From NCBI RefSeq assembly GCF_008831285.2, contig NC_045138.2, positions 30,752,001 to 30,816,000 on the forward strand: 64,000 nucleotides of DNA. Direction: 5' to 3'. This document shows positions 12,789-55,318 of the stretch, in pieces. The notes beneath the pieces were generated by a model. The model did not search any database. It worked only from the letters and a program-made list of their open reading frames with translations, and was not told the DNA's origin. The stretch comes from Nymphaea colorata (lineage: Eukaryota). The translations under genes were made by a program, and so were the position numbers. Numbering within the stretch: position 1 is the stretch's first letter; the number at the start of each line of letters is the position of its first letter.

Positions 12789-15700
12789 AGAAAAAGGAAA
12801 CAATGGAGGGTGAGGAGAGAAGTGAGGGAAGGGAAGGCTCTGCGTTGCGCTCCATTTTAGAGAGAGAGAGAGAGAGAGAGAAAGAGGGAAAGGAAATCGC
12901 CAGGCGGGCTGCGCTAGATGTGGGGACAGGCCCGAACAGTCGACGGCCGGTTCTCTCTCTCTCTCTCTCTCTTCCTCCTACATTTAATGAAGATCAAGAT
13001 TCACAGTGGCCTGCTTTCTTTTCCTTTCATTTCTTTTTAACCAGCAGCTTTCTCCCTTCGCTTTCAACATAACGAACTTCTGGCAGTCATCGTTCCACGG
13101 ATTCCATATTCATTACCTTCAAAATGATGAGAACATCAAGTGTATATATATTTGTAAGTTTGAAAGGAATAACTCATAGACTTGAGTTTTATATGAATTC
13201 TCTTTGTAGTAGCAGGAAAATTAACAAAAAGAATAAGGTCGAGAACCATAGGCATCACACGTTAGTATGCAGTCAAAGTTTTTGAATTCATCAACCTGTT
13301 CGAAGTCAGGTGAAGCACTTGGAGTATTGGATCCGATCACTTTGTGAAAAATACAACATGATTTTGTCTGAGATGACAACGGTCGCTTGTCAAACTTAGC
13401 ACGACATTGAGATAATGACCGTAGATGGTAACAATCGGATCGGACTTACACCACATTCGATACCATTTGGTTCGATTAAATATTGGATCTGGATTCGGTT
13501 AATAAACCATTGTTTGGGATCGAAGGTCGGATATAGATTGATAAAATTTATTTTCTTAGTCAAGGTAAGATGTTAATAGTCTTGAGTAAGAGCTTACCGC
13601 GAGCAACTGGGTGGCAAGGCGGCTCACACAAAAGGGGTCCAATATTTAAATTTTATGGTCCCAGTCTTTTATCTCATCTGCAAACCAGGGGCGAAGCCAA
13701 TGGGAGACTCACAAGGGTCATGGACCCCCTCAGATTTTTTCTTTTTAAAGCTGTTTATATTTTTAAAAATTTTTATGTTGGCATGTATAAAAATTTCAAA
13801 AAAATTTGGTCGCTCATGTATAAATTTTAAAATACTATTCTACCCCACTAAAAAAAAATTGGCTCGTTGGACACTCGAATTGAAGGATGTACCTTATTTC
13901 CACCCCAATGATAAAAAGAAAGCCATAAGAATATGATTTTAATAATTTTTTAGCTGGTTTGAGTCTATAACTAGAGGGATAAAAACTGCCATTGGAGACT
14001 GTTGGTTGTTCATAATATGGTCATTGTTTTTCTTGATAATGCATTGCATCTCGATAATGGTTACAACTTTCTTGTTATTATATGCTCATCATTCTCTTGA
14101 TAATGATGTTAGCAAGTGCCACAAAACATCGGAGGGACCGTATTAAATTTCTATGTGATCACTGACAACTTCTTATCAATAATTATGATATAAAAAAGGC
14201 AACAGTGGTGGCATCGCTAGAAAAACGGAAAATGATGATAAAGTAAACAAACCATCCTTATCCAAAATACAACGACAGATGGATTTCAATCCATAAGTTG
14301 TATCCAAAATCAGTTATTTGTGATCTAACAATAATTTTGTTCCCTTGGTAAGCTGGTTTGAATGAAACGGCTAAATTATTTACTTGAAAGATGTTAGTTA
14401 CTTACTTGGCTTATTATTGAACTTTTCAAGTTTGGGATCAATATTTTGGTAATGTCTACAGTTATTTTAGACAAAATCCAATGTTCGTTCTTCTTTGCTG
14501 ATATGAAGAAGAACCAGGCCCATTTGATTTTTTTTTTAAATAAAAAAATAAAAAATAAGACCGAAAAAGTGATGGTTTGTGAGAGGCCAAGCCACCTTCA
14601 TTTATCAACTCTTAGAGCTTCGGAACAAGTGGTCATATGCTACACCCTTCAATTTGAGTGTCGTGCATGTCATAATTTGCAATCTAAAAGAGTATCATCC
14701 GTGGAAATCAAACTAACGACACATCATGTTGCGGGAGTGATCTGCTTTCACTCGAGGAAGCTGCTTATCTGAAAAAATCTTTTAAAAAAAGACCAACATT
14801 TAGTAAATAACAAATTTTTATTCAACTTTAAAAGTTATCAAATAGGTGTTAATTTTTATAGAAATGTATCAAATAAGCACTTATTAACATAAAACAATAA
14901 ATTCTTATTCAAAATGGCAACAATACTTTTCCTTGAAGACCAAAATATCTTCATTTAACCAATTAATGAGCAGCTGATAGGTAAAATGGAAAATTAATGT
15001 TTTCCCTTGGTAAGCAGCTGTTCAAAATTTTTGTCTAAAGCTGAATTTACTCAAAAGTGAAACCTTTTTTGCAATTTTATTTTTAAAAGAAACAAGATGC
15101 CAATGAACCAAGTCCATGACAGTTAAGAGCGGTCCCAGCCCGGTTTTATATGCATTTTTTATAAATATAAATATATTATATTTTACATTTTTATTAAAAG
15201 TGAACCAAGTCGAACTGCCAAAATGACGCTCGGCCTGACCCGATACCCACCGTCCGTGTCGACAACTTCCCTTCTTGTAAATATAAAATATTTATCTATA
15301 ACTATAATTCGGAAGATTCTGTAGGACTCTAATTTATATTTATAGTTCGCCCTCGAGAACGTGGGTATCAACTATCAAATCTCGAGAGAATGAGAAGACA
15401 TCCTCTGCGGCGCAAAGAGATCTTATAAAATATATGATTATATAGTGGATGCATCCTAAAGATAATTAATCTCAAACAATAGTTGCATCCATCCAACAAT
15501 GGCACATTTTTTTCTCTTGACTTCTTTAATGAGTCACTATACGGCGAAACGACCCATATAAAGGTGTTTATTGTTTATGTTTTTAATCTAGTTGACTCTG
15601 GAGTTATTTTAATTTTAAATTCATTTTTGTAGTTGGCGATTTAAGAAGAGAAAATGCCACGCCTGGAGCGGCGCATGGGACTCATGAGAACTACTAATAA

Positions 15701-18700
15701 TAAAAAAAAAAAAAACTTGGTTTTTTTAATGTTTTATTTTATTTTTTAGGTTTTTTAGTTACCATTTTTTTATCCTTTCGGCCCCTGATGCATAGAAAAA
15801 AAAAAATCTTGTGCATCTTGAGAATTTTACCTCGTTCGTATCAAACACATCGTTCGTACCAAACACATGAAATTTTACATTGTGTTTTTTCATTGAATTT
15901 GAAAAAAATTCACCCACCAAAAGGCCAGACCTCTTTACGTCTATCTTTTTTCCATGATAACCTTTTCTTCAAAACTTTACTACATCAAAAGTTACCTCAA
16001 TAAACAAACCCAAACCCCTTTTTCATATTTTTTATTATAAAATTGTCAAATTAAAGTTTCTAAATTTTGGTAAATGTAGAACTATTATTTTTAAAAAAAT
16101 TTATATAACATAATTTTTTTTTTTTAAATTTACATGTAAATTAAAAAAAAAGATGGCAGCCTGTGACATGTGTCACAGCCATTTACGATTTTAAAAGAAT
16201 AAAACTGACGGAAATAACTGCGCCTTTTTTATGAGCATTTTAAAGTGCGATGTTTCACAAACGCAACTCTACATGTAATATTATAATATTAAGAATTTAT
16301 GAAAATCGAATAATACAGATTCTGTAAGGTTATAAGAATTAACGGTCTTAGCTTTACGTTGTCTCATAAATTCAATCTAGTTGTCGAATTTTGATTTTTT
16401 TACTGTTTTCGTACATTTTGCATTTATTTATAAAATTATGGAAAAGAGAACTGTTTTTCTTTGGTCCTGCCTTTTGTCTATAATATCAAAAAAGTTAACA
16501 TCTTTCGTGGTTTTCTTAATTAGTGCCCACTTTTTCTACGAGGATCAAACAAATGGCTGCAGCGAACTTGTTGTTTGTTCGCTCAAGAAATAAAAACACC
16601 AGCTGGCGCTTTTTCACCTTTATTTGGTTTCACTCTTAACGAGCCACGTAAAGGATAAAAATGTAATTTTTCAACAAAGGGCATTATTTAAAGTGCAGTC
16701 AGGGCCTTCTGTTTCTAAAATCATCGGTGGTTTACCCTGAGCTTTTATTTGTCAAATTTCATTAGCAAGTGTAGGAAAAAACATAGAATGTGGTTTTTGT
16801 AATTACATGCAAAAGCAAGCTCGAAAATGAAATTCTCACTATATATACGTTGACGGTTTTAAGCCAAAGGATGCTTTCCCTAAGTAAATATTTTTAAAAA
16901 AAATTATGAAAATAGTTGAGAATTTTCATAAACACTCGTGTTTCATAAAATGATTTTTCTTTCCTGTAAAAAATTGCAGGTCTCTTCTTCTTTGTGCCTT
17001 CGCTGAGGCGTGTTATGCACGGCTCATTGGGTAAGAATAGACGCTTCAATCTCGACCGTCCATTTTCCTTATCATGTCCGGACTTGTAATCTCAAAGTGG
17101 AAAGCATAAATAAATTTTGGATCCGTTTCCAACGTGGATCCGGTACATGGGATCCACACGGGATTTTTTAGGTAGGTTTAGAATTTAGATTAATTAACAT
17201 ATTTTTTGTTTTGGCAGAGGAAAAAACTTAGTTAAATCTCCAAAACTAGTGCCACTACTAGGAATTTTTTGTTGTAAGGGTCAAACTATAATTTTAAAAT
17301 TTTAACAAGGGCTGAAATAAAAAATTTTAAATTTTTTATATATATTAAACTGAAATTTTGTAGATCCACATATAAATTTTTAGGTAAGGCCCCCCTTCCT
17401 TTCGCCCCTGCCCAAGGCTTATGTCGCTTAAGTTTATAAATGCTCGCCACCAACCCGACCAGTTATGCGGCTAAAGGAATGGTCTCGACATTCAAGTTCT
17501 ATTCTAAGCAAGTAAGTTTTCAACTTACCTTATTGACCTTACACCTCATATCTCAATGCATTCCAGAAACAATACATGCTTCGGTCATAAGACCAACCCA
17601 GTTTGATCCTGTATATGTCAAGTTCAAACTTGGATCGGTTATACCACTGCACAAAAATTGGATCCAAGTCCAAATTAAAACACGGTTCCTCCTATAACTG
17701 ACCCGCTGGGTGTCCTAACCGATCCGACGACCCAAAGGCACGTGGCAAAAGGCCCACTCACACTTTTTCATGACCATTTAAACAGGGCCCGTTTGAAGAC
17801 AGGTCCAACTTGACGACTTAATGAGAGGCTCGTATTTGTCAACCATCCATCATTTTCTATTTTTGATGGTCTTTATATCAGCCTCACCAAGTTTATTTTA
17901 TTTTTTTATTAATACATTTAACTGTGTCCCATTCATACATATTGGTGCTCCTACCGATCCTGGGTTGGATCAAAATTAATCTCTGGATTTATTGTTACCA
18001 CATTTAGGCCTGTCCGGCCTGGCCTCATAAGAGTCAGGCCATAAGAGTTGGGCTGGACCAATCCGATAAGAGTCTGGCTTAGGCTGGCTTGACGTTTAAA
18101 ACTCGAGTTTGACCTGAAAACCTAAGCTCGAGCTCGACCCGATTAAAATAAAAAATATATTTTTAAAATATAAAATAAATTATTTAAATATAAAATATAT
18201 TTTTAATAATAAAAATACAAATTAATATTAACTAAAATAATATAAAAAATTAATCGGACCAGCCCAAACCCAATCAGACTATGTACCGGATACCCATGCC
18301 CAAGATTAGCTACATAACTCTTTGTGTGGCTTGAACATGCATGCAAGCAATAAACATACACCAAAAAAGGGATGAAAGTATTTTTCGAATTTTGTTTAAA
18401 ATAAGTGGACATTTTTACTTTTTTACAATCATTTTTTACTTTTTAAAATGTTTTTTTTATTTGAATAAGAGTATTTTGGTCATTTCCACTGCACCAAATT
18501 GAAGTGCACAAGGATAACCAGGTTTGCAGAAAATTAGCAATGGGCAGACGGAGAACCGTGAAAAGAAAAGATCCAAAGGGGTGAAAAGACGGGGCACAAT
18601 TACAAAGAACGATGGGCATAAATATGTAAACTTTGGGGGGTCATTTGGAAACCGTAATACTATGTTATCGTCTGATTCAACTAAATAAAAAATTATTTAG

Positions 18701-19275
18701 ATTCATTAAATACTTGATTTATATAAAAAAAAGAAGATCCTGATTATAGTGTACGTGAGGCTTCTCAGTTGCTCACTTGCTTTGCTCTACTCTATCTACC
18801 TGCCTCTTTAACGTAACCTCTTTGGAGAGAAAGAAAAGACTCGACCAAGATCAGGAAAAAGAGTTTCGAAACCTTTATATGGCTAACATGAACAGACCTG
18901 ACATTTCCCATTCCTGTTCAGCAGCCATGCAGAGTTCAGTGGGGTGCTGCTGCCTGATAAATTCTTGTTAATTTTTTGGTTGGTAGTCTGTCGGTACATG
19001 ACATCTAGAAGAACTTTCGAAACCTTCCCCGATCTTGCTCTTCCGACCTCCCATTAAATGCAGCTCACAATGACAATGAGCTGAAGAATGAAGATGACAG
19101 CCGAGGTTGCCAACTTCGTTACTCAATCGAATGAACTTTCCCATGGTATCGTCTTTTTAGTGCAGGTAACATCAATTAGATATTAAATTATGGCTGCAAG
19201 TAGGTACAACAGTACAAGTTTATAGATGGTAATTGAAAAAAATGTAAGAGGGTGTTTGTGTGTGTGCCTCTCTCA

Positions 19276-19307
<32 letters not shown>

Positions 19308-19676
19308 GAAAAACTGAGAGAAAAGATTGTTAGATGACTAAATATTGTCACCTTTTTCTCATTGTTTTTTTCAGCCTTCCATCTTAGAAATATCAATTGC
19401 CAAATATGATTTTTTGTGGGTTTTCCACTTAGAGGTCATATAATATATATATATATGTGTGTGTGTGTGTAAGAAAATAAATTCATAGTTAATTATTTGT
19501 AAAAAAGGCTCGAGCAAAGTAGTTGTTTATGTTCATATAATCCATTGTAATTAAAACTATAAAAATGGAACGCTCGAAAAAGGGGCTTGAATCTGGATCT
19601 GATTCACATATGAACTGTGAAGTGTATCGTATCCAATATTGACCGGTGACCCTTATATAGTGTCATACTCACACTG

Positions 19677-19865
19677 AGGGGTGGAGCCAGGGGGTGCCGG
19701 CAGCAGCCGTCCACACCACCCTCTCTCAATTTTTTTTTTTAACATGCATATAATTTTGAAAAATGTTCATTTATCTTATATAAAAATTTTGAAATTTTTT
19801 TGTTTTAACCCGACTATAAAACTCTATTTTGACCCTTTTAATGAAAAAATCTTAGCTTCACCCCC
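19677..19865. mobile_element. Short MITE with AGGGG(C/T)GGAGC-type TIRs; relatives at about 7010-7140, 9020-9180, 13686-13870, 17250-17410 and 20308-20471
   Basis: Termini AGGGGTGGAGC / GCTTCACCCCC around an AT-rich AAAATTTT core; the same architecture recurs several times in the window. Confidence 0.6.
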
Positions 19866-20307
19866 GGCGGCACTAGTACATCACATCACCCGAGATAGAG
19901 TAACCACATTACTTAGTCACATGATACTCTCAACGCCTGTGACACTTGATGCGACCTGTTGCCTATGTTTTTGGGTTTTAATGCACATTCCCTTTTGGTA
20001 GGTTCTCTGGCATTGTAGATCTCCTACTGAATGCAGCTGATGATGCTATGAATAGAGGATCAGATGACAGATATAACTGCCAACCATAGTGCTGAATTTG
20101 ATGAATTTTCTATTTGATATTGTCCTCTTAAGTCACAAGTCACATGTGTAAGGGTGGTTTTTTCATTTTTCCCATTTTGTCCTTATGCGGGAAGCTTCTT
20201 TTGGTGGAGCCTGATTGTAAAGTGAGGCACTGATATGTAAAATTCAATTTCATGTGTGAAAACAAGAAGGTCATTTTCAATAGCATGCAATCATGTGCCT
20301 TTCCCGG

Positions 20308-20471
20308 CAGGGGCAGAGCTATAATTTTTTCATTGGGTGGGCCAAGATATAATTTTTCAAAATTTTAATATATGTTCAACTAAAATTTTTAAAATTTTAC
20401 ATATAAAAATTTTAATTTTTAAAAAACTGAAGGGTCGCTGTGGGCCCTACTGCCCCTCTGCCTCTGCCCCT
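20308..20471. mobile_element. MITE with the same TIR type
   Basis: CAGGGGCAGAG ... CTCTGCCCCTA inverted termini. Confidence 0.6.
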
Positions 20472-22090
20472 ATCCCGTGGCTCGTGTGGCTCCGCCATTA
20501 GCCCAGTGTAAAGGCTTTCCGAGCTTAAGAGGTCCATTTGTTGAGCTTTACATAATTGAAGATGCGAGAACAGGCATCGCAATCTAAACAAACGCAAACA
20601 TACTCACAAGGATGTGTTCATCCCATTCTACCTGCAAGTTGAAGTTGATGGTGTTATTTTATCAAAGTTTTCATCCCAATACTTGTCAGATGTCACGTCT
20701 ACTTTCAAAGGCATTGTCACTATACTCTCATCAATATATTATCATTTCTCTTCAGGTCGTTTGACAATAGTAACGCATTGTTACTGTCTCATAAATCTAC
20801 CTACAAAATAAGGTGGATTTATGAAACACTTATTACAGTCATTCGTGAACAGTTATTGCTTTTTTTAGGCAGATTTATAAGAACAATGTGCCACTATTGT
20901 CAAACAGAACCTTGATGTATATTATAGTTCATTGAACAAGGCAATTTGTCCTTGTATGGTGACAAGGACTATATTTTAGGTCTCCCATGTGTTCTCTGCT
21001 GTATGGGAGAATATTTGGGCACGTGAAATTTTCACCAATGCTTGGTTTGTGAACTTTTGACCTAATGAACCTGTAGGATCTTTATGAGCTTCATCTACGT
21101 GGTCTAGATTCAGACACAAGACTTTCAATTAGATTCCCTGTAATTGGGTTCAAATTCAGAGACTAGTATTTAAAACCCAATTCAAATTTGTCTAGCAAAA
21201 GATCCAACATTTATATTTAATTGGGACAAATCCTCATTGTTGACCAATTAAATGTTTGATTAGATTCAAGTTAGGTTATAAAGTTGTATACCGAATGATG
21301 ATATTGGATGGTAATTGAACGTTTCAATGTTTTCCCCAGCCCCGACTAAATGGATTTGAATTTGGATATATCCCTCCATGACAATTTAAAGTGACATTTG
21401 AGTGTTCATAATGTTGGCGACTCGAGTTCAGGATGATAACGAAACCATGCATGAGCTCGTTCAAAAACCATAGTATGTCTCTGAAGGCATGGTGTAACTG
21501 GTTGGGTTAGAGGTTTGTGGAAAAAAATGCTTTTTTATATTTAAGTGACAAAGTGTAATACCTAAGTTGAAGAGTGCACCACTGCCATCATTGATGCTGA
21601 TCAAGTGCATTACACTCAAAGCATACAGAATTGGAAAAGAGGGGCTTCAGGCATCTTAGATCCAACTTCAGCAGGTTTAAGTAAATGGTATTTTCCCTCA
21701 TATATATCACGTAAACTAAATAATGATTTTACAATGTTTTATCAACAGAAAGAATTGACTAGCTATCAAATTGGAGATAATCAGTGGCATAGCCACATAA
21801 ATTAGTTATATACATGTTTTGATATATTTGATTGTTATTCCACAAAAAAAAAAAAAATTTATGGTGAGGATAATGACTATGGATTTTGGGAAATATGCAA
21901 TTCTGTCTTCAGATTGAGGCTATGAGGTACCAGATCGGACCCGATCTCAACGTTGCTAAGGGACCTGTGTGAGGACACGCGTTGCAGAAGAAGATCTGGA
22001 CTTGATGCCTGAATGTCATAAGTTTTCAGGACAAAAGTTCACTTATGTGAAGGGACACGAAATCGCGGAAGCGGGATACGGAAGACGAGG

Positions 22091-22098
22091 GCGCGAAA
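22091..22098 (-). promoter_or_regulatory. E2F consensus site (TTTCGCGC) in the probable SMC3 promoter
   Basis: GCGCGAAA on + is TTTCGCGC on -, matching the TTTSSCGS consensus. It lies in a CpG-rich patch just before a (CT)n tract typical of plant 5'UTRs, about 2 kb upstream of the SMC3 ATG. Confidence 0.55.
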
Positions 22099-22127
22099 GA
22101 GTGAGTCCCAATTTTTCTTCCCTTCCG

Positions 22128-22128
<1 letters not shown>

Positions 22129-22163
<35 letters not shown>
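22129..22163. repeat. (CT)n microsatellite, likely in SMC3 5'UTR exon
   Basis: Directly visible. Confidence 0.9.
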
Positions 22164-22167
<4 letters not shown>

Positions 22168-24167
22168 CTCATAGTGAGCCACCAAGTCAGATTCTGCAGA
22201 GGTGCTAGGGTTTCATGATCACATGCTTCGTTTTCTCGGGTAGTCTCTCTAATCCCCAATTATTTCGGTTTTATTGGCTCTTATGCAAGTGGTTCTACAT
22301 TGGCTTTGTCATTTCCCTGCTCCTTACCGTAGAATTTCAGCTCGAACGCTAATTTCTGGTGTTTTCTTGCAAAGTTTGAGGTTCGTTCTTATGAGAGCAG
22401 ATTTTTCTAGGAACAGATAATTATCTTCCTTTTCCTTGCCTTTGATATCAGAAACTGTTGGCACGAGTAACGGTTTTTTCGATCTGTTAGCAAATTTTTC
22501 GTCCATTCGAGTATAAAAGGTGGTTCGCTGTGTACGCTTGCTCCAATGGTGATTATCGCGTCAGTGGTTTCTTGTGCGCAGAGACGATACTTCTTGTTGT
22601 TTCTGCTTCCTTCAGTAGTTTGGTTCGAATTGTTCTTTGGGAGAAACATATCCAAGGACATGCCTCCGAGACCATCTAAAATGAAATGTTCGTTTTAGGG
22701 CGGTGGAATCCTGATAAATCCCAGAATAGTTCGAGCGGGTTGTTTCACTTGATGTGGTTGCTTAATGCCTCAGCTGCTCAGTATACTGATTTTCTGAGAG
22801 GCGACCAAATTGTCTGCCCACTGTATCATTTGTTTTATGCCTCCTTTAGTTGTCTACAAGGCCCAACTTCTACGGATTTCTGCTGCTCACTGATTATAGT
22901 CTATACATTGTACCTGAAGGCGCACTCTGTGCAGTTGCAGCGGGTGTCTGGGTATAGTAAAACGGCAAAAAAGGAAAGTTTTTAGGGGTTAAGCTAGGGG
23001 GCACCAACGCATATTGCATAGTCAAAATTTGGCAATTGAAGTGCCTTAGCATTCTTAATCATTAAGTTATGCTCATGTTATAAACTGTTTGTCCATTTAT
23101 TTTTGAAGCGATGGTTTTCATTTTGGTGACATGAAACAGAAAAAGAAGGGAAATGTGGTCCTTAACTCATTCTCTTTTTAAGTATTTCCTAACCACTATT
23201 GAATGCAGAGAAATTTGCAATCCATTATAGTTAGAAAAGCCATGATAGGGCAAAATTAGTTCGCCAATCCAGATAATGAAAAAGAAAATACAAAGAAATC
23301 TGGAAATAAAGGAAAAAAGGAAAACAACAGAAAAAATTAAATTAGACTGACGTGGTGGATTCATATCTAAAACACAATATCTGACAATTGTTTTGGAAAA
23401 GGGAAAGAATGGTAGAAATATGAATATATGATGCTGGGAAAAAAAATTGAATGTGAAGACCGAAGATTGATGAATAATATTTCTCCACTTCTCCTTCATA
23501 GAGAGAGTGAGAGAGAGATGGCCAGAGTCCAGTGGGTGGCAATGTTGGTTTCAACTTTCAAGGAAAGGAGGAGGACTGCACAAGAAGAGTATATATATAT
23601 ATATATATATATGTATATTGCTGGGATTTTAGGAAGTAATGACAGTGACTTTTGAAGTTCTTAGGGTTGTGGTGAACTTTCATTTTCAGGCCGAGCCGAA
23701 GGGGCACCAACCTGATTAATGGGGGCATTCCATGTGGTTGACCAAGCCTTTCAGTTAGATTTTTGAAGGTCAGGGTGGGGAACTTGTCTGCCGTGGCCCA
23801 AACACGGGTCCACTGGTTGTATCTATTGTTCCAATTATCGTATTGGTTTCCTTGCATATGCTTATGGGGTGGAACTATGGAGCAAATTTGCAAGTGCTTA
23901 TGCTATCTTCTTTCATTTTTCTGTGTTGTGCTTGTCATGATTCTGTTGATTTGTTATTTGATACTTGCTGAGTTAACATGCACCTTTCATTACAGTGCTG
24001 GAAAGTTACATTCAACAGTTAAGTTTAACATCTTGTCTCAATTTCTCATATTATTTGTGCACCAAAATTTACATCAATCACCTTTTTTCTGATAGCCTGA
24101 TACTGAATGTTGTTAGCCGGCTAAGCCAGAATCTTGAACATCATACTATTCCTGGTCATTTTGAGAC

Positions 24168-52426
<28,259 letters not shown>

Positions 52427-53418
52427 AACTGGTTCATTCTTATAATTTTACCACTGACAGATTCTGTAAGTTTCCTGTTATGTTAGTCATATCTGCCTGC
52501 AATTGTTAGTACACTGCTGGGGTTTGTGCATGATGAGGCGGCCTCTTTTGCATGAAAGTGTTCCTGTTGCTCACTGGCCCCTAGCTGCATATCACACGAA
52601 AATGATGCTTCCTAACGGGTGCATGGAGAAGTAAATTTATCACCCACGGGGTACTATAATGCTTGTCTCCTGTCGACAGGCATGCAACAAGCATCTCACA
52701 GGAATGCTTTGTTATTCATATTCTCGATATCTGGTCCATAATTCAGAATAAAAATGTTGGCCTTGGGGTTTTACGCCAAAGGCAGTTTGTCCTAAGTAAA
52801 CATAACAGTGTTGACATAGAAATCTGTTACTGGAAATTAGTTTAGATTGTCTGAGCCATGCACTGAAAAGTTTCGGCCCATCCCGAGCTGCCTTAAATTG
52901 ACTGCTTGATTTTGCTAGTGAATTTAGTTTTTCTTATTGTGAATGGTTATACTATTTTTTTTCTTTTCAGGACTTGCGTTTTTGTTAGAACTTATATGAA
53001 GATAAGGTCTTGTATGCTCGATCCACGTGGTCATATAAAAAATTGACTTGACATGCTTTTATTAATTTTGTACAGGACGTCGAATTGGTTTTTCTGATTT
53101 GAATGGCAAGTACAGCAAGGTTAAGAATCTTCTCTGCTAATAAAAGCATTAGCCACCTGTTTAAGTGCCACCACAAGGCCTTCAAGTTAAAGGTCATGAG
53201 TTCAAAATCAGGGTAATATCGCCTAGCACAATCGGCAAGATGCTAAAGGTTTAGGCTGAATTGTTTAGTGCAGCTCATCTCTCTCTCATTCTCTCCATAT
53301 TCACTTACGTGTGCCACTGGCCCACATCAACGGTATCACTTGTGCCACTGTTCCTTTGACAATTTGATCAAAAGGCGTTGCATGTTTAGATTTAAATTTG
53401 GCTCTGACACTACCACTG

Positions 53419-53554
53419 CCTATGATGCTTAAGCCAGCTTGTTTTTGGAAAACAAGTGAAAACATACAGGAGAACAATAAATTGAACCTATGATGCTTAA
53501 GCCAGCTTGTTTCTGGAAAACAAGTGAAAACATACAGGAGAACAATAAATTGAA
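53419..53554. repeat. 68-bp tandem duplication (2 copies, 1 mismatch)
   Basis: 53419-53486 versus 53487-53554. Confidence 0.92.
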
Positions 53555-54068
53555 CTATCTCAATTAAACTCCAAATAGAAACGGATACATCTAATTGTGC
53601 ATAAATTGGAAATAAGTGATGAACCTTATATACCAGGGACGCAGAGACATAAACCATTTCGGTTATTACATGCATATATTCCTGAAACAAGATATGTATG
53701 CATACAGCAGCAACTATAGATCATTGGCATTGCTCTGCACTGATTCCCTTGTTACAGCTGCTCTGACATACATAATCTGCTCTGACGTACATAATGAGCA
53801 TATATGGAGATCTAATGTTAGATATATCTGTCTGCTTCCAAACAGCAAAGAAGACTATTCTTAACAAAGGATACAAAAATTGCCATGCTCTTTCCAATAA
53901 ATGTTGAACAAAATGTTTTTTCTGCAGCAGGGAAGAACGGTCCCTCAGAATATGGGGTTAAAACAAATGATGAGCATTGCACCTCTTAATTATGCCACTG
54001 CCCTTGCTTCTATGCTGTTGTAGAACATTGCTTGTGCCTGCTTCTACGCCAATAGCACATCCTAGCTT

Positions 54069-55278
54069 CTAGTCCAGTGTGAATTCCTCAAGCCATATTA
54101 ACACTTCATTTCTCTGCGATGCAAGGATTGAAATGGCTCTTTTACACATGCAACAACTATGCTAAACACGTGAGAGATAACCTACAGAAAGAAAAGTGAA
54201 CTATCCATACTCTTAAAAAGCTCCTCGTCCGTCCTGGATCATTGTAGCGTGCAAACATGCAGCCTTGTTTGGGCTTTAAACGATCTTTTAGAAGTGCTGA
54301 ACGGAGCATTGCCTCTTTCTCGGCAACAATAGCCTCCGTGGTTTCCCCACTGAACTTTACTGCAGCAGCAATGCCTCCTCCCACCTTATGCAAAGTCACA
54401 CCTCCTTCACTCGGAGCTGGGAAGCTGCTCAAAACGCAGAATCAAATGTTATCCAACAAAATGTACTTGAACCAAATACTGAAACTGCAGTTTCACAAAC
54501 ACATCTTATGTTTGACCAATCAATAATCAAATGCCATACTATTTGCAAAACATTTTCACATTGGGCATTAGGGGTAAGCATCGGCCCGGCCCGGCCCACT
54601 AAGACCCGGCCCGATAATCTTGCCGGGCCGGGTACCGGGCCTGGCCACCAAAAGTCAGGCCCGGCCCGGTCCACCGCGAAGAGGGAGACACGGGGCAGAG
54701 AGGGAGACGGAGCGGGGCGTGGGGGGACAGAGGCGGAGAGGGAGAGGAGCGAGCTGCGGGCCGGGGGGCTGCAGGGGACGGAGGCGGTGTGGGAGAGGAG
54801 CAGGGCTACGGGGGACGGAGGCGGAGAGGGAGGGGAGCGAGCGGGGCTGCGGGGGACGGAGGCGGAGAGGGAGACGGGAAGGACTCGGAGAGGGAGAGGG
54901 AGCAGAACGAGAGGAAGACGGAAGGGAGAGGGAGCAGAGGAGACGTGAAGAGAGAGGGAGGGGTCAGGGGAGCGAGTGGAGGGCGGGAGTCGGGCCGGGC
55001 GGGCGCCGTCGGGCCGCCCTTCCTGCCCGGGCCTGGCCCGGTTTGGTTATCGGGCCCGGGCCGGCCCGGCCGGCCTGGTGGTGGCCCGGCCCGACGCCCA
55101 GGCCTACTGGGCATTGGGGCCGCAAAGTGTTGTGCTGGGCATTGGGGCCGCAAAGTGTTGTGCATGCAATGTGGGAATGTCTTTGTGTATTGCTCGAAGG
55201 ACAATAGTGGAGAAAACCATAAAACAAATGATAGATGCCATGGAGATGATGAGCTGCACATTCTCTTTGCTGCCCCCT

Positions 55279-55318
<40 letters not shown>

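Noticed and set aside
19036..19056. Resemblance of TCTTCCGACCTCCCATT to miR482/2118-family sequences
   Set aside because: The match is partial and gapped, and no well-paired star strand is visible.
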